Assembly: GCA_036172245.1 (NCBI GenBank)
Contig: JAYWIR010000008.1
Coordinates: 5,084,001 to 5,148,000 of the forward strand
Origin: Raillietiella orientalis
Taxonomy: Eukaryota
Direction of reading: 5' to 3'
DNA length: 64,000 nt
Shown here: positions 51,380 to 64,000 of the stretch, one piece after another
How the letters are laid out: every line of letters begins with the position of its first letter
How positions within the stretch are numbered: position 1 is the stretch's first letter
Program-made: the position numbers and the translations under genes
The notes under the pieces: model-generated
What the model was told of the DNA's origin: nothing
The model's input: the letters and a program-made list of their open reading frames with translations, nothing else
The model's database searches: none

Positions 51380-52050
51380 GCTCCCTAGCCGCAGGGTGTC
51401 TTCACTGCGGGAAAGCAGCAATGGTTGCCAATCGGCAGTGTGGGTGACCTCGTAGCAGGAGCGACAGGGCTGGTGGGCCGGTGGGTGACGGGCCAGAGGG
51501 TTAATGCAGCGACACCTGCTGCCCGTGCTAAAGGAGCGCTTCGCTTTGGGCAAGATACCTGGGTGTTCCGCCATAGGAGACTGCGCCTCCCCCCCTCCAT
51601 CTGGACAGTTCTCTGCTCCCCGTCAGGTGGCAGAATGAAAAGGCTTCGGTGCTCGCGCGCTGGGGCTTCCCCTGCAGCCAGTGGAGACGTCACTAGACGA
51701 GGGGGATCCGCGTCAGATGCGAGCAACCAGACATTTCCGCGCACCTACTATTAAAATGCAGTGATGTTCGAAGCACGCGGAAACCCCTCGGGGCTGCCCA
51801 ACCACGATCCGAAGACACCACTCTAGAGCTTCTTCTGCTCCAAGCAGCACGGGGCCTTTGTCTCCTGCTTCCTCGATCTCTCCGTTCTGTATTACGTCAG
51901 GAGGATCATGGAGTTTTGCAATACTGAGACGCACCAGCAAGGAAGAAGGACCACTCGATTGCTGAGTGACGAGGAACATGGCGAAGAGGTCTCTGAAGAA
52001 TGCCAGAATGGAGTAGGACGGAGACCTTCTGCATGGCACGCAGGCTCAGA
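51380..52050 (+). mobile_element. Possible L1 ORF2 extreme C-terminal relic
   Basis: The peptide loosely resembles the post-zinc-finger segments at ~6930-7100 and ~28370-28600, and is followed by the same TGAC/pyrimidine tract. Confidence 0.25.
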
Positions 52051-52899
52051 AGACGCGGAGAATATGACAGGTGACTCCCGTCCCTTCCTCTCCTGTTATT
52101 TATTTATTTATTCTCGTCTCCCCTACACCCTCCCTGCTCTTCTGTGCAGCCAGCCTACGGATCGGCGGTTTTCTTTCCTTTTTTTTTCTCCTCCCCCTGA
52201 ATTTTTTTGTGGACCGATGCATTTCCGATCTGTTTGTTTTTCTCTGTTTGGTACGGGAACGCCTCGGAGCAACGGGAAGAAAACGGTGATGGGCGAGTTT
52301 TCCCCAGACCAGTGGTTCCCTCCCCATCCTTCCCTCCCCTTCTCAGGGCAGCAGGTCAACTCTTGGACCCTTCCACGGCGAATGTCCTTCCTCTCCTTCC
52401 ACGATCGCATCTATTCAAAGTCACTCTGTGATTCCGTCTCCGCAGAAGCAACTTCCGCTGCTTCAAAGGGTTTCGAGTCGTTTTCTTGCTCCTCCCTTTG
52501 CCGTTTCTTCCCTCCGCCTTACCACCTCTCTGAGTCCAGAGAGAAATTCCTTCGCACTCAAGACTGCCTCAGGCCGTTATACTTCATCTGCAGATTTGAA
52601 CATTCCCACCCGCTTCCGAGTAAGCTCTGGAGTTCCTCGTTGACTTCCTGAATCCCGGTCCTGCTTCTTCGCGGGGGACGGTTCGCTCGCTTTCCCGAGA
52701 ACCGAAAGAGAAGCGTTCGGGAGAAGGAAAGCCAAAAGGAACGGGAAGCCGGACCCACGACCCTGTCGATACGCTTGCGACCGGATCTCTTGAAGCGGGA
52801 AACGACCCTCGTTTTGCGCGCGGACCTCTTCGGCAGCTGTCACAAGAAGCTTCACCCCCCCCCCCTTCCTTCCCTGTGTTAGAGCAACTGCTTTCGTCG

Positions 52900-55100
52900 T
52901 GCTGCTTGGCGTCGCGATGGAGACTGCAATTTCGAGTCCTGTGAATCTTCATGATGTTTCCCGGTCTTGATTACTCTCGCCCCACTGGGATACTCCTTTT
53001 TCCTCCTTGCAAATCGAGACATCAAGGATTTCTTATTTACTGTTCCAGAGGAAATCTGGTGCACGCTCCCATGCAAAAGACAAGGAAGAGCAGGTGATTA
53101 TCATTTTTTTTTCTTTCATCTGAAAAACTCCTTGAACACGCGCATCTACTATGACGGAAGCAGATGACCATTCCTGTTTCTATCACCAATCTGGTCGTCA
53201 TGAAATGCTGATTGGAGAAGGGAGTAGTCTTCTGTCGAGCGCCCTTGAGCTAAGAACCAGAGATCCATACCGAAAGCGACGCACGAGCGCCCTGGTTGCG
53301 AAAGGAACTCTGAGAAGAAAAGGGAAGACGTTTGCCTCTCGAAACATCTCTTTTTTCACATCAGACAGATAGGGAAGAGAGCAAACAGCAGCATTCCACA
53401 CGTTCCGTGGACCCACACTGAAAGATTTTCCAAGCAGGGTCAGGAAGGGATCCCAGAAGCAAAACAACACGGACACCACTGCTGATCTGCCGTGCGCCCT
53501 TCTCCAGCCACGAGCTTGCGTTGCCCTCTGGCGTGTTTCCGGGAACGTTCTGCAGTGGCCCTGCAGCACCCACCGGATAACCCGAGAGACAGGGAAGTTG
53601 CCTCTTCGAGAGACACGCAATGTCTCCTGCCGCGGAGATCTCAGCGCTCGGCCGTCTCCGTAGAATAGCCGTGGCACGACGGCGCAGCTGAAAGGAAAAG
53701 GAGAGACAGGGATGCCATTACAGACGTGAAGCTCTACTTGGAGAGGACGAAGAAATGGTCTCGTCCGGAGAAGCACGAAGAGGAGCTGTTCAGAGGATGC
53801 AGAGGACGCCAGGGATCCCTGCCCTGCCCCCCCACCCATATGTAAATAACTTGGTTCATTTCATTTTTTATTCCCACCCACCCATCCAACTCACTGCTCT
53901 TCCCTCAATTTTCCACAGCGGACCTCCCTGGGCAGCCTGCTGGTTAGCAAGGACGCCACCTGGATGTAGTGAGACTAAGAATCTCATTGTCAATGCGTGT
54001 GAGAACCTCATTGCTGGTATGGTTGCTAACGTGTAAAGAGGTTTGTGAATGTCATGATAAACGTTCCGGCGTCCCAGAACAAGAAGAATTCTGCTCAAAA
54101 ACCCAGAAAACCACACCTGTGGTTCTTCCGACGCCCGTCCGAGTGCGGATGGTTCACTCGGTCCTTTCAAGCAAATGGGAAGATGATGATTTCGCCATCC
54201 GGACCGTCTAAAGTTCACAAGAGAACCCGTACCAAGTGAATTTCATCTTTTCGGCACCTGTTTGCTGGAGGGAAGTCTCCTCCGCGTGCAGTCCGTCGCT
54301 GGAATGTCAGAATATGATGCAGGATGGCAGACAGCTTCCCTGGGCGGTTTCTTTTGCGGAGGTCCCATCAGCTTCCGGGAATTATTTTTGAAGCTCGGTG
54401 CCTGCGCCGGAGCTTCCACCAGCATCCCAGTGAAACAAACGGGTCCATCGCCTGCATCTGTCTCCTGCAGGACTCGTTCTCCTTCTCGCCATTCGCGAAT
54501 CGAGCCTTCCGAAGAGAGAGATCTCTGGCAAGCGACGTCACTCAGCTCAGACACCCTGAACCGTGGCGACGTGATTTTATCAAGACCTGCGCGTGCTCCG
54601 GACAGCCCATTCAGCTGGGAATTCAAAGGACGCGTCCGAGGAGTATTGGAGAGTCCTCGACGGAGAAGCGGTCCACTCGAAGTGCACCCACTTAATCCGG
54701 GTACCAACTTCCAAGAAGGAATAACGAGGACACGGTTTAATTGGAGCCTGAGCACAACAGATAGTACTCGGAGCCACGGTGGAACATCCGCGAAATGTAC
54801 CTTCCCGAATCACTTGTGCGCCTCTCTTAAGAGTGCTTTAAACATCAAATATTTGTTGTCCTGTCCCGAAAATTGGAGGAGCCGAGCTTGATTGGTTGGA
54901 TGCAGGCGGATCCTTGGCAGAAGATTAGTCAGCAGAGGAGTGTAACGAGAACAAACTCTGGAATCATCTGTCGGGAGTTCAGAGCCTCCCTTCGGTGGTC
55001 TGGCGATGCGCAAAGAAAGAACGGAGCGGTGTTCGTCTTCCCTGTCAAAATTCTCGGACGAAATCGCGCTGAGTGAAAGGATCTATCGCCTCGCTTTCCG
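52900..55100 (-). mobile_element. Degenerate L1 LINE ORF2 relic (endonuclease end through RT)
   Basis: Minus strand, in order: LQLNRVLVIPSW (~RLDRVLVNxxW), PRFRVSE (~PFRFxN), GF*AEFFLFWD (~GFxAEFFxxxW, ~54080-54110), SPFPFSCAVVP (~LPFxYLGVP), HGRSAVVSVL (~GRxxLIxSVL). Confidence 0.65.
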
Positions 55101-55424
55101 GTCTCGTGGGCCGGAAAGTGAAAAAGGATCGTCATCGTCGTGGTGCTCCAGCCGCGTTTCTCGAAGGATCCTCGCAGGACTCGAGCTGTCCGCGAATTTT
55201 CATTTTCGTTCTCTCTCTTTCCCTTTGCAGGTTCCACGCGTCATCTACGTTCGCCTCCCCCGCAGTCAGTCGGTCCATGGCTGCCCTCCAGGTGCCGCGT
55301 TTGCGGACCGCGGAGAAGGTGACTCGAGGTGTTCCCGATCTCATTTCGTTGCTCCCATCTCGTTGCCTTGTAGTCATTCCAATGACATCGTCCGAAAGAC
55401 TGCAAGACTTGAAAAGATACCGGC

Positions 55425-56185
55425 CTCACAGACCCCTCTGGCTGCGGTCTCCGCGTGTAACGCCAGGCATCACGGGTTCGAATACTTGGAAAGAATCGAC
55501 GCCAGAGAAATGGGTGAGTCGTGGGTTCGACATAGTCCTGCACGATGACGCTGGTCGGCCTCATTCGGGTCCGGCTCCTGTAGCGTTAAAACCGGATTCC
55601 CCCGATAAGTGCCGGGATTGGGTGTCGACCCTTCGAGGTTGTTCTGCAAAACAGAATCAAAGAGTCTGTTTCTCTTTGGAGTTCTCTTCCGACCAAAGGA
55701 GCAGAGGAAAGTACGATGTAGCTGGTGGATTGATGATGCTTCTCCAGAGTGCAAAAAAGCGAGACTCACCCTTCGGGGAGCACCCTTCTGAGAAATTTCA
55801 GAAGTGCCCCTTTGGAGTTCTCTTCAGAAGAGTAAACAGGCGTGGTTTCCTTACGGGCTCCCTCTGAAGAAGAAATTCCTATTAGCGGATCCTCTCCGGA
55901 GAAGAAAATTGGGGTGGACCCTTCCGGGGATCCTTTCGGAAAGGATAAGGAAGGGGATTTCCTTCGGGGATCCCTCCTCACGCGTGAGAGGAACGGACTC
56001 CCTTCTCCAAAGCCGTTCCTGGATTCACAGGTTGGTCCCCACCTGGGGTACCTCCTTTCCTCAAGATAGAATGACACGCACTCTCGAGTAAGGTGGAGCA
56101 GTGTGAAAGAGTGTGAAAGCTGCGTGAGTCTCCAGGCAAGCAATGGTTCTTGAGGTACTTGGCGAACCGAAAAAAAGAAAATGTG
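55425..56185 (+). mobile_element. tRNA-derived SINE-like element, copy E (opposite orientation)
   Basis: TGGCTGCGGTCTCCGCG head, GGTTCGAATAC at 55475-55485, shared body, and an ending of GGCGAACCGAAAAAAAGAAAA. Confidence 0.8.
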
Positions 56186-56899
56186 CCTGGAAGAGTTGTG
56201 CATCCCTCAGCCGGCATGGCATTCTCCGAACAAGTAAGCAAAGCAGCACGCACCATCACAACCTCCTTCAATGCTGGGACAGAGAGCTCGCGAAATCAGG
56301 AAAAGAAAAAAAAACACACACGCACACGAAGGCGGAATGGTAAAAGAATTCGAAGCGATTGCTGTTGGTGTTTCATGCGCGCTTGGCATCCAAGGGAAAT
56401 TGGACCCCGTAGGTAGGTGGAATCTTCCACAGGTTCCAGCAGTCAACCTCCTCCTAAATGCAGGGGCGCGGATAATGAGCTCCTCCCTCTGTCTGGAGTG
56501 GTCGGATCCTGGTTACATGCTGATGTCTGGACATGAGCAAACAGCTGGCCCATCGTAACGACTGCTTTTAGAGCAGGACAAACACTCAGGGAACACGGAC
56601 CTGGCTTCAAGAGGAGCGCTGAGCAAACAACCACTGAGAGCGAAGTGTCCAAGAAAATGGTCTCAGGAAGGGGTCTGTCGCTCGACGGACATAAAGGAGG
56701 ACCCAGACGGATGCACCCGGTGGAAACGGAACCATGTACGAATGGCGACAGGACGCAAGTGTGCCCGGGAAAAAGGTCTCTTGAGAACCATCCGAAAACG
56801 TCGAGTGGAGTCAAAAACGATGCACCCCCCTCACACACACAAAAGTGAAAAATGCTCCAGGATTCTTTTGATTGGTCATCACGAATCGTGATATACGGC

Positions 56900-58900
56900 C
56901 TCCTGCGTCACTGGGACCACGCAGCAATCCTTTTTGAAAATGCTGAACACGCTGAACCAGTCGGTAGTCCCCAGATCTCCTGTCGCAATTCCACGCACTT
57001 TGCTTCGAGCCTGCAAAATGCTCTTTGTCGGCAATTGATGTTCTTTCCGCTGTTACCATTTTTTTTAAAAAATAATAAGATGCTAAAGAGGATCGGTGAA
57101 GAAAGAATCTTCGCCTGATCGCGGGTGTGGGCTTCGGCAATGCCGGACCCTAACACGTTGCGCCGAGTTGCATTGATTCTCTCCTCTGTGCATCCTGGGA
57201 AGGATACAGAGAAGAGAAAATTCTTTGAGCAGGATGAAGGCGGTCGTGTGCAGGTATGCTCGAGGAAGAAATCATGCTTATCGATCAGGACATCCGAGAA
57301 GACTTTGTGTACTGATTGGTTCGGCTTTCCTGTCGCCTCAACAGGGAGCATCAGCAGAACCTAGGCAAGAAAGAGTTCCTAGGCAATTGGAATTCTGGGA
57401 GACTGATGCTGAGGGAGACGTTTGAAATTCAGCACAAAAAGGAAACCGAAACGACTGGGTACCGATGTTTCTCTTCTGCACCGGAACGATTGTTGATTCG
57501 AATAAACCTGCAATTCTTTAATCTGGAAACCGACAAACAAAAGAGAGGAATCGGAAGGGATTGAGTTACTTCTTTTGCGCAGCTCGTTGCATATTCTGGC
57601 AATGGTTCCGTTCCTCACCCTTCTAAGTGAGACTGCACATCTTCCTCATTGCCAGGAATCAAGTCACTTGAGAGCGTCATTGTGGGCGCTTATTTTTTTT
57701 TGCTGCTGTCTTTCGGGGAAAGTTTGCCGAATTCTAACTTGAAGCACAGAATGTTCCTCGAGACGCTCTTGGACGACGGTTCCTGAACTATTTGTAAGTT
57801 AAGAGACTGATAAACTTACCTTCTCAAACAACACTTCCCCAGAGGGGAACACTAGATTGCTAAGAAAGTGTTCCTACCCTTGGAGTGTTCGAGTGAGATT
57901 GATGCGCAAGAGCAAGAATGGATACTTTGCAGCACGAGAGCGCTGCGTGATGGAGCGACGTGAGGTCGGCGGCAACATGCCCTTAAAAGCGTTCCGGTCT
58001 CAACTTGCATCTCTCTCAAACCTCCATCATGAAGCCACTTCAGCGGTGCTTGAGGCTGAAGAGGACAGGTGATGCCATCCGGGACGACCGCCCTTCATGA
58101 GCGCATCGATTGCGCAATCTTAAATGCCGGTACCTCGTTAAATTTTTGTGGCTAGAGAGGTCACCAGGAACAAGTCCGTTCTTGCCTGACTTTTGAGTAT
58201 CCAAAAGTTGGGACGTTCTAACTGCCTCCAGAATGCCACCTCTTTCAGAGTCCATACTTCAACGGAAACGAGTAGAACCAGAAGTCCTTCGCCCCGCGAA
58301 GACTTTTTTTAATAGGTTTCGTTTCCTCACATATTCCCGAATTCTGATCTCAACAAAGCAGGAAGCTGTCACATCACTAAGGTTTGCGAGTAGTGAGATG
58401 AAGACTGCTAGTGCGGTGCACGTCTTGAAAGCGATTTTGAGGCTGTAGCTCCCTGCCATCTCTGGCTGTCGATCTAAGGCATCTTTTCCACGAATCTAGA
58501 AGCTTTTTCTGACCCCCTTTATCCTGCTGATATGCCAAGACGATTAGTGCCACATGTAACATGCCCATGCTGGTGAGCATCAAGTGTCTCATCCCGCCAG
58601 CGTATAGCCACAGCACCTTCAGTTCCCATCCTGGGGATCTTAGAGAGCCCCAAAGAATCCCAAAGCCCCCTTAGAGCTTCAGTCGACTGCATGAAGCTGA
58701 CGCCAGAAGCCTGCATGTCGAGAGGAGTGCCACCGCACGTCTCCTTCTGTGTCTTCCGGAAACTCCTGAACGTCACTGTGGCAACTTCTAATAATCAGGG
58801 GACTACCCAGAGGATCCCTCTATTGCTTTTGGAAGACGAAATCAGGCAGATTTCTCCCCTTTTCCATAGTCCCCCTTTTCCCTTTCTAGAGGGACTCCAG
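56900..58900 (+). mobile_element. Degenerate Ty3/gypsy pol relic (RNase H-integrase)
   Basis: In order: TLCTDW (~VxTDH), LMLRETFEIQHKKETE (~LQEFDFEIxHKKGxEN), KSKNGYFA (~HxSxxGGHF), STKQEA (~SKWVEA), EHQVSHPASV*PQ (~KHxxSxPYHPQ). Confidence 0.6.
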
Positions 58901-59859
58901 GCATAATCCATGTCCGCATTAGAGTGACTTTGGATGTTTGTACAGGTGAAGAGTTCTGGTCATGGATGGGAGATCACTAGCTCCAGACAAAATCCCGTGC
59001 CCGCAACAAGAGGAGAAAACGAGGAAAAGTTAATCCACGGCAGTAGCCCTGCAAGAGAAAGCATCCGTGCACACCCCCGATGGGTCCGCTTGCATGGCTG
59101 CCGATCGCTGCATACGGACGACATCGCGCATTGAGGAATGGCTGGATCGTGAAACTCACCACTCGCCGTTCACCACATCCGTCACTTTTCCTGTAAGGTG
59201 TTTTTCCAGCAGCGATGCTAGCTGCACGTGGGTGAACCTGCTCCTGCTTCGACCCTTGACCTTACCATCGAGGCGTTTACTAAGCGGATGAAAGAATCGC
59301 CCTCTTTCATGCAGGACAGAGGAGCCCCAGGGAACAAGTCGTGTGTGCACTTCCGCATTGGATACCTATTGGTTGCTGAGCCTCAGATAGCAGCTGCAAT
59401 GAAGGAAGGAAGCAATTTTCCACAACAAGAAGGAACTGCTTTTGCTTTAGTTACAGGGAAAGAGATACCAAAAAGCTGGAAGCGCCATCCCTAGCCTGGT
59501 TTACCTTGGAATTCCAAGGCGCCTGCGGTCAGCGGCCGGAGGAACCCCAGGTCGCCTCTGTGGACTAATTCGTTTTCCGTTCCTTCCGATGGGGCGAAGC
59601 CGGAGGGACCTGCTTTAGTTACAGGAGTAAAGGGAATCTCAATGTGCAAACCAGACGTCGCATCAGTAAACCAGCCAATGGAAAGACGCAAAGCGGCAAA
59701 CTTTTTTTTTCATTCCGAAAAACTACTTCAAGTGCTGGAACGCTGTTTCAGCTTACTAACTACACTAGTGTAGTAGCTCCTCTTAAAGAATTCAGCTTAT
59801 AATTATTTCAGCACGCAGGGGGGGAAAATTCATTTTTCTCCTGTTTTCGCTGCTTTCTT

Positions 59860-60440
59860 TCCAGCCTTTTTTTCCCTTTTTGGTTGCCAAGGAGTGCTGA
59901 AGAACCGTTGCTTCACGAAGTTCTTTGATGCCATCTACGCCATCCGAGAGTGGGTGTAACTCCTCAAGTAAGGGGGGCAACCCCGAAGGGACCACCCTAT
60001 GAACCCGCAATGGAACCACTCCTTGTCTCCTCTTTTGTAGAGAACTCCGAAGGGAAGCATCCCAAAATCTCTGAAGGGTGCGCCTCCGGAAGGCAGTAGC
60101 GCGCTTCTTAGCACTCTGGAGAGGCAACCCCCCGAAAGGGTATCAACCAGCTTTATGGCACGCGGTGGGGGGAGATCCCCGAAGAGAACCGGCTCCTTGA
60201 TTCCCGGAAGGATCCCCCCGGAAGGCCAACTTCCAAATCACAGCCACTCAACGGGGCATCCGGGGGTTTCTGGCCTTCACCAGTGCCGCTCTCGAAGCCA
60301 ACAGGACAACCAGCGTCATTTTGCGGGGGGCACTCCAAACCCACGACACACCCGTTTCGGCTTGCCCGGGCGGGATTCGAACCCGCAACGCTCGCTGATA
60401 CGCGCGCGGAGACCGCAGCCACCCGGCAGCCAAGGTGGGT
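59860..60440 (-). mobile_element. tRNA-derived SINE-like element, copy F
   Basis: GGATTCGAACC at 60373-60383, A-box-like TGGCTGCCGGGTGG, shared body and tail block TTTTTGGTTGCCAAGGAGTGCTGAAGAACCGT. Confidence 0.8.
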
Positions 60441-60549
60441 CAAATAATTCTTAATGCAAATTTCGTAGTCTGGCATTGGTCTCACGGGGCGAGGTACTCA
60501 AAAGCCTTCAGGCTATAAATATTCTTCAAAAATCACTTTAAAGGTCCCA

Positions 60550-61950
60550 AGCCTGAATCCAAGTGCTGACAGTGAAGAAGGCAGCCCCGTGAACTGTTGT
60601 ACCTCCCATTTCTCAAGCACGGTGAACAAAAACCTTGGCACAATATTTCAGAAACGAGGACTCATGCGGCGAGTCCTCCTTACTAAAATGTATCACAAAA
60701 CGCATCAACACAGGATGCAAAGTGCATTTCCAATTTGGATATTCAATGGTCCAGCAATTCGTGGTCCCACGAGGAAAATGGCTCCAACCCGATAAAGCTC
60801 GAAGTTGCTCCAATCCGAATTCAAGGGACAAAAAAAAAAAACATTCATCAGGAATCCCATAATACATAACAACCAAAGGTACAGGATCAGCTGATTACGG
60901 TTTAAAATAAAAGATTGATGATCGCGCATCTAGCAGATAATCGGGGCAACTGTAGATAAATGCTGGTTTTCATTCTTATCTGCGAGGCGGTGCTGGAAAC
61001 CGAGGTGCCAGAGTTTGCTGAAGGAGACCGGAGCATCACTAAAGCTATCATCCCTTCCCGGAGCATGCCCAGAGATTCAGCAACGAGAGGAGCAGTGAAC
61101 GTGGACTGCAACTCGTTTTGATTGTTTTGCCGCCGGCAAAAGATGCCGCGCTGACAACCGAACGAGGAGCTTTGCAGTGGACCCGAAACAAAGATCCAGA
61201 ACGGATGCTGGACAACTGCAGCCGTCTTCTCTCGAGGTAGATTCTGCCGGATATGCGAAATGGTGTATGTGTGTGCGTGTTCTTGAATCTTTGCTGCAAC
61301 GAATCCAGAAATTATCGTTCAGTACAAGGAACAGGAACTTTTGGAAATCCTTTCACCAAAATTCCTCTTCATCTTTTCTTCCCCGTCATTAATGAGATGA
61401 ATTGATAAATAATCCTTCGCCGTTACTGATAAAGCATCACCGGATTGATGGAAATGCACCGTTAGCTTGCAGAGTTTCTCATCTCCTCTCGTGTGTGTTC
61501 TTTTTTTTTCTCAAGGGCTGGAGGGATTCCACTTGCGGTCTGAGGGAAAAAGTGGTTCCATTCTTTAAAGCTGCTTTCCTGAGAAACGATCACCACCCAC
61601 TAACAGTCAATTGATCATAATGGGAACGTAGGGAACTCTTTCTGATGCATTCTGCACTTTCATCCTGTGATGACCGAAGTTAATAGAATGATTAATTCAA
61701 TGCAACGAGTGCGTAATTAATAATTAGTTGTAATAAATGCCAGGCCAGATCGAGGCATTCATTTGATTGCCTGATAGATGGAGAGCGCGTCTGCAGTTTG
61801 ATTTGATATTTCAAGTGGTAATAAAAGAACGGATCTTTCGAATCTGTTCCCATGGGACCCAGGCTGATGTGTCTGCAACAGCAGTCGTTCGAACCGCGCC
61901 GATCATTGCGTTTCCAAGGATTGCCAGCCTCCCCTACGAGCGCATGCTGA
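60550..61950 (-). mobile_element. Degenerate Ty3/gypsy RT-RNase H relic
   Basis: Minus strand, in order: YQIKLQ (~HxIxL), KAALKNG (~KLDLKSG), FLVLNDNFWI (~VYLDDILI), VVMYY (~GxxYY), YPNWK / FASCVDA (~PDFxK..ETDAS). Confidence 0.45.
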
Positions 61951-62799
61951 AGCCGAAGGCGAGGGAAAAATGGAAGCTTTGAGATGAAACCGGGACGGAT
62001 TCGAGAATCCCGGCACACGCTCCGTGGACATCTCCAGAGAGAGGAATTCTGCTGAGGATTCAAGTGGCCCCGGTGGTTGGTTTTCGAAGGAAGATGAGCT
62101 CTCGCGCGCTCATTGCTTCAGCGCGAGAAGCCCGAAGCACGCTTTTCGGGAACCATTTCCCCGCGGAAGAGGAACGACAGAGCGACAAGCTGAGAGCGCC
62201 CGTTCCAAGGTAATGCAGACATAAAACTCTTCTTAGTTGCTGATGGGGGGATGGAAAGGCAGTTCTCTGCTTCAGCTGCCGAAGATCCAGTCCTCGGCGT
62301 GCTGACGCAAGCACACCTGCATCGGGCGGAAACTGCCTGTCGGGATTCGGTCTGGCTTGCATCCCTTCTCCACCATGGGAACGTCTGTGATGCGGAAACG
62401 CAGAAAGATGCTCTTCGTGCCGTTTCGGCGCTCTTGAGTTCGGAATCTTCGAAGGAAAGTTGGATCCCTGCCGACCTTTCGGCGTACTCGCCCCCGAAGT
62501 GCCTGCAGCTCTCCTCGACGCCTGGAATGCTCCCTCCTTTCCTCGACGTCTGAAATGTTCTCTCCTTGGTGAATGCGAGCTGCTTGCCAGGAGCTCGCGC
62601 TCACCAAGCCGACGTGACGGCGGCATCGCTCCGCCGACCCTCCTCATTTCGTGCTGCATCCCATCGGTCTCTCGATAGCCCTCCCCAGCCAGGTTGTGCG
62701 GAGGAGAGGTGAATTCGGCGTTCGATCCGACGAGTCTCGGGAAGAGGTCGTCAGAGATCGCGGTCATCTCTCCCGCGTCCAGCCGATTCGGTCTCCAGT

Positions 62800-63600
62800 C
62801 AGTCTGTTATCTTGGAGAGCGAAGACAACGGTGGATATCAGATCGCGTCCTGAGTTTCCTCTTCTTTTCCTTTTTTTTCAGGAGGGAGGGGAGGGTGAGA
62901 TTTGCTTGTAGTGAACTGCCACCACCATGCATCTGCAGATTCCAGAGAGGGATGAGAGAGAGAAAATTGGCATCTTCCTGGCGAAAAACGTCACGCCCAC
63001 TTGCCCAAAGGGAGAGGACCAAACCCAGAGATTCCGCATCATCAGCTATGCAGGGGCTTCATTCCAGATGTATCGCAGGTATTCCATCCGATCGGGAACG
63101 AGTCTGCGGGCAGGCTCCTCGCAGCCAAGCTGGGCAAGATTCCGAGCGAAGAGTCCCCTTTCCCGAATGAAGTTCCCCAAGGTTACTCGCATCCTGGTTC
63201 CATCCCTATTTCGATCGAAAAGGCGGAAGGGGAACTTGAAGCATCCCTCAGGACGGACGGCATGCCATCCGCGATCGTTAACGGTCTCTTTTCCTCCTCC
63301 TCCTTCTCCTGTTTTACTCCTCCACCCTTTCTCTTTTCCTCCCTTCCTCCTCCTCCTCCTCCTTTCTTTTCCTCCCTTCCTCTTCCTCTTCCCCTTCATT
63401 GCAAAGATGGAACAGTGCAGTGCATGACCTACGTGCGACCGTCAGACTACCTCTTCTCAGCACTACTTCGCTGATTATTTCCATTTTCCGCTAGATGCTA
63501 GAAAGTGGAACGCAACCAGCCGCTCAGCGCGGTCCCTTAGAACCTCGGTAACCAGGGGCTGCCCTTGGTTGCGGGGGCATCACCATAGGCGCTCCCTGGA
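62800..63600 (+). mobile_element. Degenerate non-LTR RT relic, interrupted by a pyrimidine tract
   Basis: TPTCPKGEDQTQRFRIIS (~TLIPK...FRPIS) and VTRGCP (~VRQGCP, ~63550). Confidence 0.45.
63285..63397. repeat. Polypyrimidine (CCT/CTT) low-complexity tract
   Basis: Read directly from the sequence. Confidence 0.9.
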
Positions 63601-64000
63601 ATCCGACCCTCTTCTCGTGTGTGAGGGAGGAAAGACAGTTTCCTTCTGAAGCCAGGGGTGGGTTCTTCGCGAACGCCCATCACCGGGAAGTTCTATTTCT
63701 CATGGCAGCACCGCTTCCCTGAGGCCTTCGCGCTGGAGTGGGAGGCCACGGATGAAAGAGAGGTCCATTAGCGTGGGCACCCCCGCTCCTGCAGAGGGAT
63801 CTTCTTCGTCCCACCGAGGATCGGTGCACGGACTGGCCGGCGCAATTTCCTGGAATCTGCGCCGTTGTCCTCCTGGAGTTTCGTCGTGGAGGGGAGTCGG
63901 CTAGAGAAGGTGCGTCGTTCCCTGCAGAAATGCTCGATTCATTGCTCCTGTGGAGGGAAAGTGCAGTGAGGGCGAGTTCCTTCTCTGGAGGATGCTGAGT

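Noticed and set aside
59433..59640. 15-bp direct repeat TGCTTTAGTTACAGG
   Set aside because: Only two copies with no array or element structure, so it is not CRISPR-like.

Overview
Eukaryotic, gene-free window. I could not support any intact protein-coding gene; the six-frame ORFs are chance ORFs or fragments of decayed retroelements. Most of the window is a graveyard of heavily degenerate retrotransposons: about 15 plant-type L1 LINE relics, several Ty3/gypsy pol relics and one copia-like RT piece. These were recognised by eye from collinear but corrupted motifs, so boundaries are approximate. Four things stand out against this background. (1) A roughly 1.2-kb degenerate cytosolic LSU (28S) rDNA segment at about 33.0-34.3 kb and a weaker SSU (18S) relic at about 47.45-48.0 kb both carry animal/arthropod-like signature bases, whereas a third short 18S 3'-end relic at about 14.05 kb is green-plant-like. 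(2) There are six diverged copies of a long (about 600-800 bp) tRNA-headed SINE-like family with an internal variable tandem array and UUCG/GAAA hairpins. (3) A near-identical 1-kb inverted repeat (5904-6924 / 44761-45806) brackets about 38 kb and was cut out of the middle of an old LINE. (4) Several smaller repeats and palindromes are present. Retention of CpG in ancient TE relics plus the young large repeat suggests, by inference only, an unmethylated DNA-absorbing compartment such as a large plant mitochondrial genome. No organellar gene or intron was seen to confirm this.
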